Source of the DNA: Lingula anatina
Lineage: Eukaryota; Animalia; Brachiopoda
Assembly: GCA_051362555.1 (NCBI GenBank)
Contig: CM120640.1
Coordinates: 27,676,503 to 27,740,502, forward strand
Length of the DNA stretch: 64,000 bases
Reading direction: 5' to 3'
Both the position numbers and the translations under genes were made by a program. This document shows, one piece after another, positions 14,192 through 28,122 of this stretch. The first letter of the stretch is position 1, and each line of letters opens with the position of its first letter. The notes under the pieces are model-generated. The model saw only the letters and a list, made by a program, of their open reading frames with translations, did not search any database and was not told the DNA's origin.

Positions 14192-17100
14192 ATGGAACGG
14201 TTCACAATCTCTAGGATATCTTCTTTATATATTTCATTGGTAAGTATCTTTATTCTATGCATCAGTGCTTAATTTTCATTGCATTAGTTTTTGTAATTTA
14301 TTCATGTCATGTGTAAACCAGTACTGCTACTTTTTTAGTGATGTAGAAAAAAGAGGCATTCTTTACACATAAATACAGTACGCACTTAAGCTAAGAGGAC
14401 TGCAATACATGATGAGGGAAACAGGTTGTTTAGCCTCCATCCTTCTCACCTTTAAATTAGCAAGATAAAGATTACTGGATACCACGGACAAGTATATCCA
14501 GCTTTTAAAATCCAATCATTCATTGTTTCAGATAGTATTACTTGGGTTATGGGAAATCCATGCTGTTCCGGAACGTAAGTGTTCTTCCAATATAATTGCT
14601 TTTAAATGGTGCTTGGATAGCAAGCTCTTGTTGGGCATTTTTTTTAAGTCTGCGAAGTTTAATTCTAATAGGCGTGTCTTGCATTATTAATTAAAATAAA
14701 GCCACAGTTATTTGGATCTGAATAAACAATCAATTCCTTTGATCGGTAACATAAATACCTGTCTATTCCAAAAACTTTCAGGTGCTCGTGAGAAAATTCG
14801 CAGATTTAACAGCTTGCGTCGGAACTCTTATCATCGAAATGTTGCTTAATTGATTTGTTTGCAGGAAGCATATTCAGGCAACTTTTTGTGGATTTTAAGC
14901 TAATCAGTCCGTCAAATTGTGTAGTAGGCTGCCATTAAATAAGTTTTCTTTATTTACCAGGCATGAGTTTGTCCCGTTCCTGGGTCTGACCCAATGTTTC
15001 TTTACCTGAATAGTGCAAACATTGACCAATTAGCACATGTTTGACAAATAAAAATGTATATATAACTAAGAGGAAACACTGTTTGAAATGGAGCATCTAA
15101 CAGGGAATTAATATCCTTCTGAATTGTTCACGTTTCCCCCGGGCTGTCTTTGTGAAATTTACTTTAAGACAATACCTTATGGATAAACTTTTAAAAGTTT
15201 GTGGAGCTGGTTCGACTATTTTCAGTCTTATACAAAATATTTCAGTAATTAAGTTGAAAGGGTCCGACAGGAAAGTTTAACAACTGGGTAAAAGGGTAAA
15301 TCTAATTAGTAAGCATCTAAAATGACGATTACTTCACTGAACACAAAGCTTTACGATTGGCTATAACGATTTAGGCGGAAAGAAGTGATGGGAAATGAAA
15401 AAGAAAAAAAAAACGAATGCAATCTACAGGAGGTATATAAAAAGTCTCACTGATAAAAGATATATGTATACATCTTGCAGGTGAGATACACTTCAAGTGT
15501 CCGAGAGATCAAAGGAACAAGGTGGTGATCAGCTATTCACTGCTCAAGGTACAAGATTCGTTTTCCTGGCAGTAAACAAAACAAAAAATGGACACGAACT
15601 AACACGTTCAGCGGTTATGTTTAGTTTTTGTTATCAAAAAAATACACAGCTAACTTAGTTATTTACGGGGATAGCGGATTTTCAGGCTTCCTATGGTCAA
15701 GTATGTTTTTACAACATTAATGAGAACTCTGAGCAAATGAGCAATTCTTATCTCGAACCACAAGCCTTTGCCTTTGATGTCTTGGTTGGTTGGCAAGTCA
15801 TGATAGTCAGTCAAGCGCGGTGCAAATTCCCATCACTCAGGTAATGCAGGTGTACAAAAATATATATACCTGGAGTTCATACCCTAAATATAAAAAAATA
15901 AAGCACACCTTGCTCCAGTGATCATTATTTTATATGTCAAATTTGCCTTTCGTGTTACGTTAACATTAGCCCAGCAGCTACTTGTGTATCTCAAGCTCGC
16001 CCCGATAGGTATATGGAACCTAATTAGCCATTATATAAGTGGCCGGATTGAGACGGCCGTCCGGCCAGACTGGTTATTTATCAGCCTGCAGAGGCTGTAA
16101 AGCAAATGATGTTAACAGAAAAAGTACGTGTTTTGAATACTCCTCGAAATAAAATTTAGCCCCAGTGGTTTAATTTTGTAATAACTCACGTGCATGGAAA
16201 TATAGCGGGTCAACAGAACTGACTGCCGGGGTTTTGTTTGCTTGCTTCTACTTACAAGAAAATATGTCATATGGAATATTTTCTACGTTTACTGGTTCCA
16301 CCTCTTTCTATCATTACCTTCACCTTAGCCAACATACTGTGCGAATAAAAAAACTTCAAAGCTACCGGCAACGAACTGGCAATTTTATTAATCATATAAT
16401 AAGTAAAATTATCGCAATATTTCATGCAGCAGAGCCAGCGGTGTTTATTACCGATGAACTCCTCGGCCGTACTTGCTGGTATTATGTCTGAGATACCGCC
16501 TGTGAAGTGAGAGAGAATACACGCTGTCTGGCCCGCGGAGCATGCATCGAATTGGAAACATTGTATCTTTCTGACCTTCCTCACCGAACGTGCTATCGCA
16601 AGGAATGCATCAAATTTCTGGAGCAGACATATCCTTTTAACCAAAACTCATGTTTTTTCTGCGCAAGTTCGTGTCCTCCAACTCCACGTGTTACGACCGA
16701 TATACAGAGCATTAGAAATAGATAAACATATATGCGAAACCTCAACAAGGTCAACACCATTGAACGGCTGTAAAGTTCTCACCCAGTAGTAATCCATTAG
16801 TAAGGCTTTCATCAACACAAATACTTAATGCTACCTGTAGGCAAGGTTCGCGACTTGCATTGTAAAAAATCCATCTCTGGGTTGATCAATGACAAGCTGG
16901 GGGAGTTACCGTGTACTAATGCTGCCACTGGCACCTGTGTTGTGTCCTAATTTTTCTGAAAGACCCCGCATCTCATTATTACAGCCTTTGATAAAATGTT
17001 TTTACGGAACCCGTTTACATTAATCTTGTTACTGATATAGTGTATTTTTTTCTGCAGGACCCAAATTCTCGCGATACAGAGGAGACATTCCCATAGAGAC

Positions 17101-20100
17101 AGCGACAAAAACGCCCAAACCACGCACCACCACAGGTTAGTTGCGCCGGATATACATTGTTCCCGTTTTTTTGCTTCTAAGGCGTCATTAACATGTTTTC
17201 TTTCTTACATCATTTTCCGTTCAGTTTTGATTTATCTGAATCACATCGAATCCGATCTGTCATAATATCTATACAGAAACTAAAACTAAACAATTGAAAG
17301 AAAATTTTAAGGAAAGAATCCGAGAAAAATAAATACATATTTTTAAGTTTTTCTGTTAGATTAATATACTCACGTCAGTTTGATGAAGGCCTCCGACCAG
17401 GTTGGCCGTAAGCAAACGGTACGGAAAATTTTAGGCTTGTGTCTGAGAATTTTCATGTTTAGATTAATCTATATTTTCATTTTATTCTTTTTAATTTCAG
17501 CAACCGACTGTGGCATGACTCCTGCAGACATAGTGTTTGTTCTCGACTCCTCAAGAAGTATATGGAGAGTGGACTTTACACAACAGCTCAAATTTGTGAA
17601 AGATGTAGTTAGCTCATTCAGTATTTCGAAGAACAAGATTCAAGTCGCTGTTTTGATATTCAGTAGTCAGCCACAAGTACAGTTTTTCCTCAACGAATAC
17701 CACACCACTGCTGATGTGGTAAAGGCTATCGATAAAATCCGACAAAGGCCTGGAGAAACCTACACTGGGGATGCGCTGATAACTATGAGGCGTGATGTTT
17801 TCTCCACCAGAAATGGAGCGCGGCCAGGCGCGAGAAAGATCGGAATAGTCATAACAGACGGCTTATCAACCGTACCCACCGAGACGGATAGTGCGGCCAA
17901 GGCGGCAAAAGAGGCAGGCATTAAAATGTTTGCCATTGGAGTTGGCGAATTTGCAGATTTCTCGGAAATAAAACGTATTGCCAGTAAACCTGAGAATGTC
18001 TTCACGGTCAAAGGATATGATGCTCTTTATAAGATCCGAGATGAGTTAACACGGAAAACTTGTGGCGTGTTAAACGATCCAGCAGCAACTTCAGGTAACC
18101 ACATTTTGGTAAATACTGCTCATAGGGGTGTGCAACCAGCTAATAGAATCGTTGACCGCAAAAAGATAAGGCGTCCTCAAAGACGCAACATTTACCGTCT
18201 TACGCCTCTAGTTATTTCAGCGTTAGAGAATATGATCTTAGAAAAAACCCAAATGCTCTTCAGAATCTGGAAAAACACTTGTCTTTGAAGCACCGCGCTA
18301 CCCTCCATTAGAACTTGCCATTTTAAAACAATCTTTCGTTTTCATTCACATCTAAAAGTAAGAAAATTCATTTAAAAGTACATGATGAAAAATAATCATA
18401 GTAAAAAAACAGTTAAATGCATTCTTATAATTGGTAAAAGTGATAATATGTAAAACGTAAAAAAATTATTGGATACTTTTTAGGGACAACGCCTCCTCCG
18501 ATCCATGGCGGATGGAACACTTGGGAATCATGGACCACCTGCACACTCACTTGTGGAGGTGGTACTCAACATAGAATGAGATTGTGCAATAACCCCTCCC
18601 CGGCACACTTCGGAAAAAACTGCCATGGCTCTAAAGCAGATTTTAGAGGGTGCAATATTCAAAACTGCCCGGAAGACGGGAACTGGTCTCACTGGAGTCC
18701 TTGGAGCACGTGTTCTAAGTCATGTGAAGGGGGGACGAAAACGCGATATCGAATGTGCAATGATCCCACCCCTAAACATGGCGGGCAGCCGTGCAAGGGG
18801 GATAAAGAAGAGATAAGCTCATGCAATCTGCAGCCGTGTTCTATGCCGTTGGACGGTGCTTGGTCAACATGGGCGGAGTGGAGTAGCTGTTCCAGTTCGT
18901 GTGATAGCGGTTTCAAAAGGCGTTTTCGTTACTGTAATTCACCTGCTCCGGAACGAGGAGGGGAAGATTGCGTTGGCCTTGACGAGGATATTGTCCCGTG
19001 CAAAGTTCGAGAGTGTCCCGTGAATGGCGGTTGGTCAGATTGGGAACAAACTGATTGCAGTGTTAGTTGCGGTGGCGGTTTGGCAGTACGGACTCGCACC
19101 TGCACAGCACCAAAACCAAGCAACGGCGGAGAAGACTGCCGAGGCGATTCGAAAGAAACGCTATCCTGTAATACTCAAAAATGTCCAGTGAATGGAAAAT
19201 GGGAGCCGTGGAGTCCATGGTCATCTTGTACGAAAAGCTGTGAAGGAGGCACAAAATCGCGCAAAAGAAAGTGCGTGCCTCCTCAGCATGGCGGAAAAGA
19301 TTGTAATGGAGCGGACGAGGAGACAGTCTCGTGTAACACTGACCTCTGTCCAGTCGATGGTTACTGGACATCGTGGAGTGCTTGGACAGCATGTAGCGCA
19401 ACCTGCGGGGAAGGTAAAAAGATGAAGATGCGAGTGTGCATGCCTCCGTCTTATGGTGGACTGCCGTGTGGACAGGGGGAGACCACAATGCAACAAAGCT
19501 GCAAAGTCAAGGAGTGTCCAGGTTGGTACATGTACACACAGCGCTTTGTTGGTGACCTTACTTGAGACCATCTTAGGTAGAAAAGAGCGAGTGAGGGCCA
19601 TTTCGTTTTTCTAATGTTAATCTCAAACAGTTCCTTTACCGGCAAATGATTCTTTTTAATTCATTTTCCAAAAGACAGACAGCTGATTCTTGCTAATAAC
19701 AAATGTGGCTCTTTTCGCTTATTATCAATATTAATGTAACTTTACATCTTCCAGTTGCTGGTAATTGGGGCGACTGGTCTGGTTGGACAAAGTGTTCTGT
19801 TCCATGTGGAGGCGGTAAACAGACACGACAGAGAGCATGTGACAACCCAGCACCGGCACACGGGGGACAAGAATGCCAAGGGGATAGGGAGCAATCTCAA
19901 GAATGCAACAAAAAAGCCTGTGCAGACGAATGTAAGTCCTATATAGTTATGTTTAGGCTTGATGATTGCTTTTAGTCTAAAGAACTATATATGTTGATAG
20001 TTCAAAATATAGAGACAAGTTGAATTACCCAAGTAATTTTCTTCGATTTTTTTTTCTTCAGCCAAACCCGAACTGGTGAAATGCGGAGAAAATCCTGCCG

Positions 20101-21177
20101 ACATAGTATTTGTGGTTGACGCATCTTCAAGTATTTGGCCAGAAGATTTCAAGAAGTTAAGGATTTTTCTGCGCGACGTGGTAGCTGAATTTAACATCGG
20201 GAAAGATAAAACCCAAGTTGCTCTCATGCTTTTCAGCGACCGCCCCCGTGATCAATTTTACCTGAACACATACAGCAAGAAAGACTATCTTCTCCGTCAC
20301 ATGTTAGCCGTGCAACAAATGGGAGGAGGTACACGAACAGACAAAGCTCTAGAAAAAGTAATGACAGGACGTTTTCTGAAACCTCAGTTTGGTGCCAGAG
20401 CCGACGCCAAGAAAGTTGTGATTGTAATTTCTGATGGCCAGTCATATTACCCGGAAAAGACCTCTGAGGCTGCGGCAAAGTTAAAAAAATTCACTTCGTC
20501 CCCGCCCATTGTCCTCGCGTTGGGAATAGGTGGCCAAGTGAACTTTAGGGAACTCTACAGCATAGCTACCTCTCCCGTCCACAGCCACGTATTCCGTGCG
20601 ATTGACTACAATTCGTTAGCACAGATTAAAGAAATGGTTGCAGAAAAAGCATGTGAAGGTAAGGATGCACAGGAAATAAGTGTGAACGTTTTCTTTTTTC
20701 TTTTTCTCTTTCTTTTTTTTTTTTTTTTTTTTTTGGGGGGGGGGGTGGAGGAGGTATAAACGTGTATTGCTATAACAGGAAAGTAATTTCGTCGTAACCT
20801 TTTCAACGACGTAACAGCAATTTCACATTCCATTTGCATGGGTAGCGAAGGCGCAATTCCTCATGAAATCAAGATATTCTTTAGACTATTTATTCCCACT
20901 CCTATTAAGTTTTAGAGACGGTTTAAAATTGATTCAAAAATTGTCATCAGGCCTATATGATTGAGCCACCGGGCGCGACCTATTGTTCAAAAGTAATTTA
21001 ACACCCACCTTTGATTGGTAATGCCACTGTCAACCTTAAATTTATGAATTCATCGCACTTCATATTATCCCGTTTCTTCTTGAAAACGAGTTCTACAATC
21101 ACTAGAGTCAAAACTTGGATGTTTAAATTTCAGTCTGCAGACGATCATTAGTGAACGCGGCACCAGTCAAACACTAA
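14192..21177 (+). CDS. Secreted extracellular matrix/adhesion protein: signal peptide - VWA - 7x thrombospondin type-1 - VWA
   Basis: Exons 14192-14239 and 14532-14574 (MERFTISRISSLYISLIVLLGLWEIHAVPE, signal-peptide-like), possible 15486-15548, 17058-17135, 17501-18094 (VWA, MIDAS DSSRS, ITDG), 18484-19521 (six TSP1: WxxWxxCSxxCxxG...R.R.C), 19755-19931 (TSP1), 20062-20658 (VWA, DASSS, ISDG), terminal exon from 21134 or 21141 (stop 21177 or 21151). The domain exons are all phase 1. The 5' and last exons are less certain. Confidence 0.85.
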
Positions 21178-22320
21178 TTGTCAGTTGCGATCTTCCTCCC
21201 TTGTCTGTAGCGTAATAAGTTATTCTGGTACTCTTGATTGCACAAGACCAAATGCTGGATTTTTTTTGTAAATGGAAGGTTCGCGCAGCTTTTTTTTCAC
21301 AATATGGATATATGAAAATCGTAGATAACGTATTTTCTTCATCATAAAACATTTTATTTTCAGGTACCCGATAGCACAGATTAAGATCTGCGTGGTGCTA
21401 CGTTTACTGGTGCTTTTCACCCAGGAATACCAAGGAATATTTCCACTTTTTGTCCGCGTCAGTGAGTCTCAGGAACGTCTATGCACAAAGTCTGCCCGCG
21501 GATCAGTGTGGAGCGTCTCATCTCGTTTTTCGCTCGACTTCATTCGATTTCACTTCTGGGATATTTTCAAAAACGAAATTGGAAGGGAGAATTTTTAGAC
21601 TTTTCTTCAATGAAGTGAATTTGAATTAATTTAAAATTGAATTCAAAATATCTGGGATGTTTTGGGGGTTTATCAGTTCTAAAAAAAGTTATACGAACTA
21701 TTAGTACCCATATCCTTTAGGGTTTCACTTTAAATTAGTGTATTAACAATTCCAGAAATTTCACTTATTTCAAAACTTCAGGATGCTTGTCATCGGAGTG
21801 AATGGTTATAAAACAGCGTTATCAACCGTCATAACGCCCAGGTTTCCTGTCTAGATACAATTACTATCTATTTCTTAGGGAATTGCCTATCAAAAAAATA
21901 AAAACTGTGACGGATATAACTGGGAAAAGCGATCAGCCAAAGAAGACATCTCTTAAGATTAATTTATTACGCATATATTCTTTGTATTTATACATTTCAT
22001 ATGTACATATGCAGCTTGCATGTAACTCATTCATATATTTTTATGTACTCTTGGAAAGCAGTTTGCCTTGTTCAAATATACTGTGATATTTCATATGTGA
22101 ATAAATGTGAGAACAATCAAAATGGTTTAACTTGCTTAAATGCTTTTAATCCCTACCAATAAATCGGGAAACTGCAACCATAAAGAACTTGTAAACATTT
22201 TCAAAGAAATACCCTTAAAATTCATGCCACTTAGCAGATATAATATAATAATACTAACGTTTGTTTCTTTTGTAAATAAACATGTAGAACCCCATCAGTT
22301 TTATATTAACAAGACACAAT

Positions 22321-22323
22321 CTC

Positions 22324-22358
<35 letters not shown>
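22321..22358. repeat. (CT)n(CA)n compound microsatellite
   Basis: ctctctctctctctctcacacacacacacacaca, just 3' of the CMSS1 stop. Confidence 0.9.
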
Positions 22359-22411
22359 GCACTGAAATCCAGATGACAAAAAGAAATAAAAATTAAATAC
22401 GCTCAAACACA

Positions 22412-25400
22412 TCATACAAGGCCTATTGTAACATTCTTCTGTCTAACAAGCTTAAAAAGGTGCTTCTTGAAGAGTTCTAAAAGTTCCTCTTTGATTTCTG
22501 GTATAGATATCATTTGCCGCAACCTCTGGTCTCGCCACATCCAGTCAAGAATTATGTGTTGAATCTGGTCAACTTTTAGAGCACCTAAAACAAATCAAAT
22601 GTGCAGTCAATTTAATTCTGGCTTTGCTAGCTAACCATATCATTCACATCAAATCATAGTTTTTATTTTTGGTTCAAGGGAGGACTTGTTCATGTCAACT
22701 TGAATGAGTACCAAGTGTAACAGCTATGTCAATTTATAATCAGGTTATTTAATATTGAAGAACCAGAAAAATCTTTAAACTTAAAGCCTGCTATAAATCA
22801 CTGAAAATATTAACATCATGTACTTAATAGTTGAAATGCACCTTACCTTCCTCAATAAGGGCATTTATTCTGTGAGGTGTACCTACTCCCATCTGGATCA
22901 CTGTATTGTCCAAGTACTTCTTCTGTTCTTCTATCTGCATTTTCAAAACAAAACCCATTTTTACATACATATTTTCATAACGGCCCTTCATCTTAATGGA
23001 GATCAATTTTTCCAAGCCTCTTAAATCATATCCATAACATAATTCATATTTATAAATGGTTTTACATAATGTTGCCAAATGACCATACTGCTTCTCATGG
23101 GATTTAAAATGGGGTCACTCGAGTCCTGGTGATGTTAGTGAGACTGTTTAAGCTAAACCAGGTCTTACCACACCCATTCTACAGACATTTGTGCTACCAT
23201 CACATAACTTGGGACAACCTAATAAATATTCATAAATTAATTCTAATCAGTAATGTCAGCAAGCAATTTACCTTCATGTGCTTGGCAAATAGTTTAGCCA
23301 CTTTACACTTTTCTTTGAATGTTTTCTGTATTTCTCTGTAATTGACATAATGGAGAAACAACTGAACACCATTATAATCGAATTGGTCTGAAATTTTATC
23401 TAAAATTGTAAAAAAAGTAAAAATTATCTATTTTTTCTAATTAGACATATTCATATATATAACCTTTTTTTATTCCATGCAATAATTCATCACAGGTAAT
23501 AGATGGGATGTTTTAAGTAAGAAAAAATTATCTATTTTTTCTAATTAGACATATTCATATAAATAACTTCTTTTTATTCCATGCAATAATTCATCACAGG
23601 TAATAGATGGGATGTTTTAATAGCAATCCCATTATACAACTACTTTGTGGAGAAAAAAAAAATCAAAGGCCACCTTTCAGATCTGCTATCCTTTAAGTGA
23701 AACACAAAAATAAACAAACATGTTAAATCGAGTGCTTCTGCCCTGAGCTTTCCTGCCTGATTTGATTAACTGGATGAAAGAGTAGTTTTGCCGCGGTAAA
23801 GTTAACTGACCTGTTGAGGTGAACTGCCCTGGATGCAGCACTACAAATAACCAGCACTAGAGGTGCTCCATTCTCCTGCTTCTGGACTTTCACCAAACGC
23901 TTCCACTTGGGGAGAACCTGTCTCATATAGTCAGCCACCTGGCAGTTCAAGGATGCACATTTCATAAAATGACTGTCTAGAATAAGGAAAAAAAAATAGG
24001 TTCATTGATCAGAAACTGTCTATGGCAACAAGTAGGCATATGTCTCTTACAAAAGACAAGGCTAGGCTTACTGTTTTTTCAATTTATTCTTTGATTACAA
24101 ATAACATATTTTATACATATTGTGTACCCAATGGAGAAAATGTCTATTTTATATTTTACTATATCTATATGTACTTTTAAAATTGTTATTGTAGTCTAAG
24201 TAATGCTGTTATAGAATAGAATTTATTATTAATAGGTCAAAACTGTTGTGTGTTTGAATAAATTAACAAAATTAAAAATATAATTTATTTGAATTTGGAA
24301 ACGTGTGATAAATTTAAGATTTTTTATGTCAGTTATTCTTTGTTTGGTAGTACAACAGTCATCACAACTAGAGGGTCTCTTTTTTTCAGCTAAAAGCATT
24401 CTAAAGCATGCCTGAACAACATGATCATCAAGGTGCAATTTCTCTTCTGCTTTTCTCAAAGTCATTGTTTTAAAAAAAGAACAACCAGAACAAACATAAC
24501 AAGACTAACCACAATTTGAATTTTGTAGAAACAACAGCTGATACATAATATACTAGAGAATTAGAGTGTGTGAAAGTTTTCTCTAAAAATCACCACCAAT
24601 TTAAAACAAGAAGTTCAACTTTTGCTTATAACAATTATATGTATTCAAATATGTTTGTACTGAGACAAAAATTCAGAGAAAAATATTCCTCACCATCAAG
24701 CTGCACTTCATCCATTTCCACTGCTGATAATTTGTCTTGAAAATGTTTCTGAACTGAATCTATAAAGTCTGAACATGTTACTGCTTCAGGCTTCTGCTCA
24801 GCAAGGACTTGACTCAGGGTTTTCTGTTATCAAAACATAATGAATAAATAATATTTCTTGTGCCAAAAAGCTACATCAGTGTAAAAAACAGATGACAGTT
24901 ACATAATACAAAGCATATAAATGAAAAATTGCAAAATAAAAAAGATTGATGATAAGATCAAACAGAGCCATTTAGCAATGATAAAGGTCACTGGTAATGA
25001 TCTAAAGTTTTCAGATATGGCTTTCGAGAATTTATGATAAAAGTTTTAGTTTAATTGACTACATAAAAGGGTTTTGTGATTGTTGGAGTATTTCAAGTTT
25101 CAAATGTTTTAATAGGCAGGTTCCTTCAAAATATTACTTTCTTGCAAAAATATTCTTGTATCCCCTTCCAGTCCATCCCCATCCTCCTAACCTCCATTCT
25201 ATCCATTAGTATTCACATTGCTTTACTACAAATGAAGTATGCAGCTGTATTCTGTGTATAACTGTGTTCATCATATTTTCAATTTTCATGTGGAAATTAG
25301 ACTGAAGCGCAAACACTCACTTTCTTGTTTTTTCTTTTTGACTTTTTATTTTGTGGAGTGTCAATTTCACTATCACATCCCTCAAATTTTCTTTTCTTTT

Positions 25401-26639
25401 CTAGTGGAAGAGATATGTCTTCTTTTTCCTCTTCAACTTCACCCTAAAAAAGCCAAGTTTGTTAAGCACTACAGGTAACATGGACTCTAAAAAACTAGCA
25501 AGTGACTCAATTCCAAAACTGTGCAAAAAAAAAAAAAAAAAAACAGAATAATTAGCGTAAATGTATAATAATCATGCTGATTTTCGAAAACCAACCTGCT
25601 TCTTTACCAAACAAAGCCACTCAGTAAATTTCAAATAAAACAAAAAATATGGTTTAGAATTAAGTTATTTGGCAAATGTCATGTGTTGGACAGCGACAGC
25701 AATGTACGAACAGACAGACCAATCAAAATATATACACACACTTACAGTGTCTGTATATAAAAATGGAATGAAACAGAGTCCAAGTGCTTAACAGGTTGAT
25801 CAATGATTCCCGAGTTGGAGAAAATTGTCTTTTTTCTGAGAAAAATTCCTTTTTTGGTGAGTAAATCCTGTATAAAATGTCTTTGAGGTTATGTGTTCTG
25901 TTACCCAAAGTCTGGCATGAAATTCATGCATTACCATTCATATTTACAGTTTCTGATATGTATTCTGCTAACAGACAAAATCTGGGGGGGCAAGATGCAT
26001 ATTTGTTCTTGATGGGAGTTGACATGCAAACTGGTCATCATTTTACACTTTATGAAGGCTTCGTTTTCATGTGTTAACTAGCAAAGCATACAGATACGTA
26101 AATAGGAGTGCTAATGTATGTTTTTTGTTTTACCCCAAATCAGGCTTAAAAATGGGTATATATAAAACTTATAAAATTATTACCATGGTTTGTCTTCAGA
26201 AAAAGTATGATTTTTTTCTGGTGACATCATAAAAGCTCTTGTGGGGGTGAAAGTGTTATTTTTGGTTTCTTTATGTTCTCTACATGCACTACTTGTGCCT
26301 GGTCTTCTTTCAGAAAAATTCCGAATGCAAACACAAGAGCTGGGGTGCAGGAGCTGTGCTGTGCACTATATAGGACAGTGTGGCCGATCTTTCTGACACA
26401 ATTCCGTTCAGATTTTCGGTCTTATAAGCTGGATAGATCTACGTTTTTACCTGCACTAAGTACACGTACCGTGACTTAGGCAATGGTCAAATATGATTTA
26501 AAAGAAAAAACTCAAGTAAGTCAGATACTTATCCTCACATCATTGTCAAATAATCTCAACGACCTAAACTAAAGTAATGAAAGTAATTACTGGAATTTAC
26601 CTTCTCTATCCACCACTCATCATCTAAGCTATCGACCAT
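22412..26639 (-). CDS. CMSS1: CMSS1/Cms1 ribosome biogenesis factor, complete 7-exon gene
   Basis: Exons 26601-26639 (MVDSLDDEWWIEK), 25321-25443, 24694-24823, 23811-23976 (LPKW...LVICSAASRAVHLNR), 23272-23335 (KVAKLFAKHMK), 22847-22934 (GVGTPHRINALI), 22412-22584 (ILDWMWRDQRLRQMISIPEI...IGLV*). All in frame, with motifs characteristic of CMSS1. Confidence 0.93.
23419..23620. repeat. ~100-bp two-copy tandem repeat in CMSS1 intron 4
   Basis: aaaattatctattttttctaattagacatattcat...cacaggtaatagatgggatgttttaa occurs twice; also doubled at ~35847-36049, so it predates the large duplication. Confidence 0.9.
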
Positions 26640-28122
26640 TATTTGAAATCAGCCTTCTGGGGCAGAGACAGACAGAAACCCACGTGTATGTCGTTCGCTC
26701 CTGATCTCGTGTACGAAGGATTACTCTTATCATTTAGGAGGTTAGAAATATGAGCATTGTGGTTGTTGAGCCCTCGCCTGTTCAGCTATCACATTTATAA
26801 GAGCAGAATGATATACTTACTATACAGAAGAAATTGAAGGCTCCAAAATTTCTTTTATAAATTCGTGTACCTGTGATGTACACAACGACTTAAGTGCCAT
26901 GGTTTTCTTTTTTTATTGCCTTTCTGATAATGGTACACGTGATAGGCCTACACACTACTGCAGTAGTCTACAACAACTTGCCATGATTTTTTATAATTAT
27001 TTCTTTATTTTTTTTATTATTTTTTTACTTAACTGAATCACGGATGTCATTGCTGCAGTTACATGTTTATTAGGGTAGACTAGAGAGGTCATGTGTCTCA
27101 AATTATCATTTCACTGATAATGCTGCATCCATCGGGTATACAACATTTCTCATCACATCAGTTTAAGGTAATTTAATCTGATTGCTTTTCTTATTCTTGC
27201 AAAACCGGTTGATGGTTCTAGTCGAAAGAAATTTTACGGTTTTATCCAAGCGTATATTTTAGTATTTTCCAGCCAAACTGAATTTTCCCCGAAAATTTTC
27301 TGCGGCTCACGACTCATTTGATTCAATGCTTTATACCATTTTCAACAAAAGGATTTAGTTCCTTATAACTGGCCAGTCAATGACAATCATGTGCACTTTT
27401 TTAAGAAGAGAATAGTGATATTGGGTACATGTAGGCTTACTTTTCAGATCTATTTGAGGGGTCTTATCGTTTTTAAGATCTGGATTGAAAAAGATAAGTT
27501 TTAAAGAATACATGTATGTATACAACATATATGACTCTGGGGCATTTTAGAACATCTATTAATCAATTAAATGATCGATCGATTAATTAATTGATTGATT
27601 GGTGGGCTATTCTCGCTTTCAGAAACTTCTTCCCTTCAAGCTGGCTAAATTAGATGATAAATATCATAGCATATTATAATTTATCAACTTTCTTTAAAAT
27701 TACCAAGGTGTCTATTTTGTTTTGAAATGGTCAGAAAACACCTGCTCCCAGATCACTTACTGTAAGCTTAAAAATTAAGCTTAAAATTTGAAACACGGCA
27801 AACGTTTATAGCCTACAAAATATTATCATATTTTTAAAGAGTATTTCCCAAACTCTCTCACTTACACTTAAATTGTTACATTAGGCCCCTATTAAAGATG
27901 TACACAGAGACGAGGAAAGTACATATAATGGCACTGTAGAATGAAACATAAGACCACTGACCCGTTTAAAGCTAATTGAGATGTACTTAAAATAAATGTT
28001 TGAGTTTCACGCTGGCGGCTTTGTTGCAGTTGACCATGGTGTCAGGACGAGCAGCTAGCTCCTAACTAGAGTTGTCCCGACCTGACGTCACACTGGACGT
28101 GACCTGCCATCAGACACCTGTA

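Noticed and set aside
15482-15484. TGA as a selenocysteine codon in the VWA gene
   Set aside because: The upstream exon phase does not place it in frame, and no SECIS was recognised.
16234-16725. Cluster of short overlapping ORFs in a VWA-gene intron
   Set aside because: No recognisable domain or consistent splice signals; possibly decayed TE sequence but not supportable.
18689-19645. Antisense and alternate-frame ORFs over the TSP1 exon
   Set aside because: Shadows of the GC-richer coding exon.
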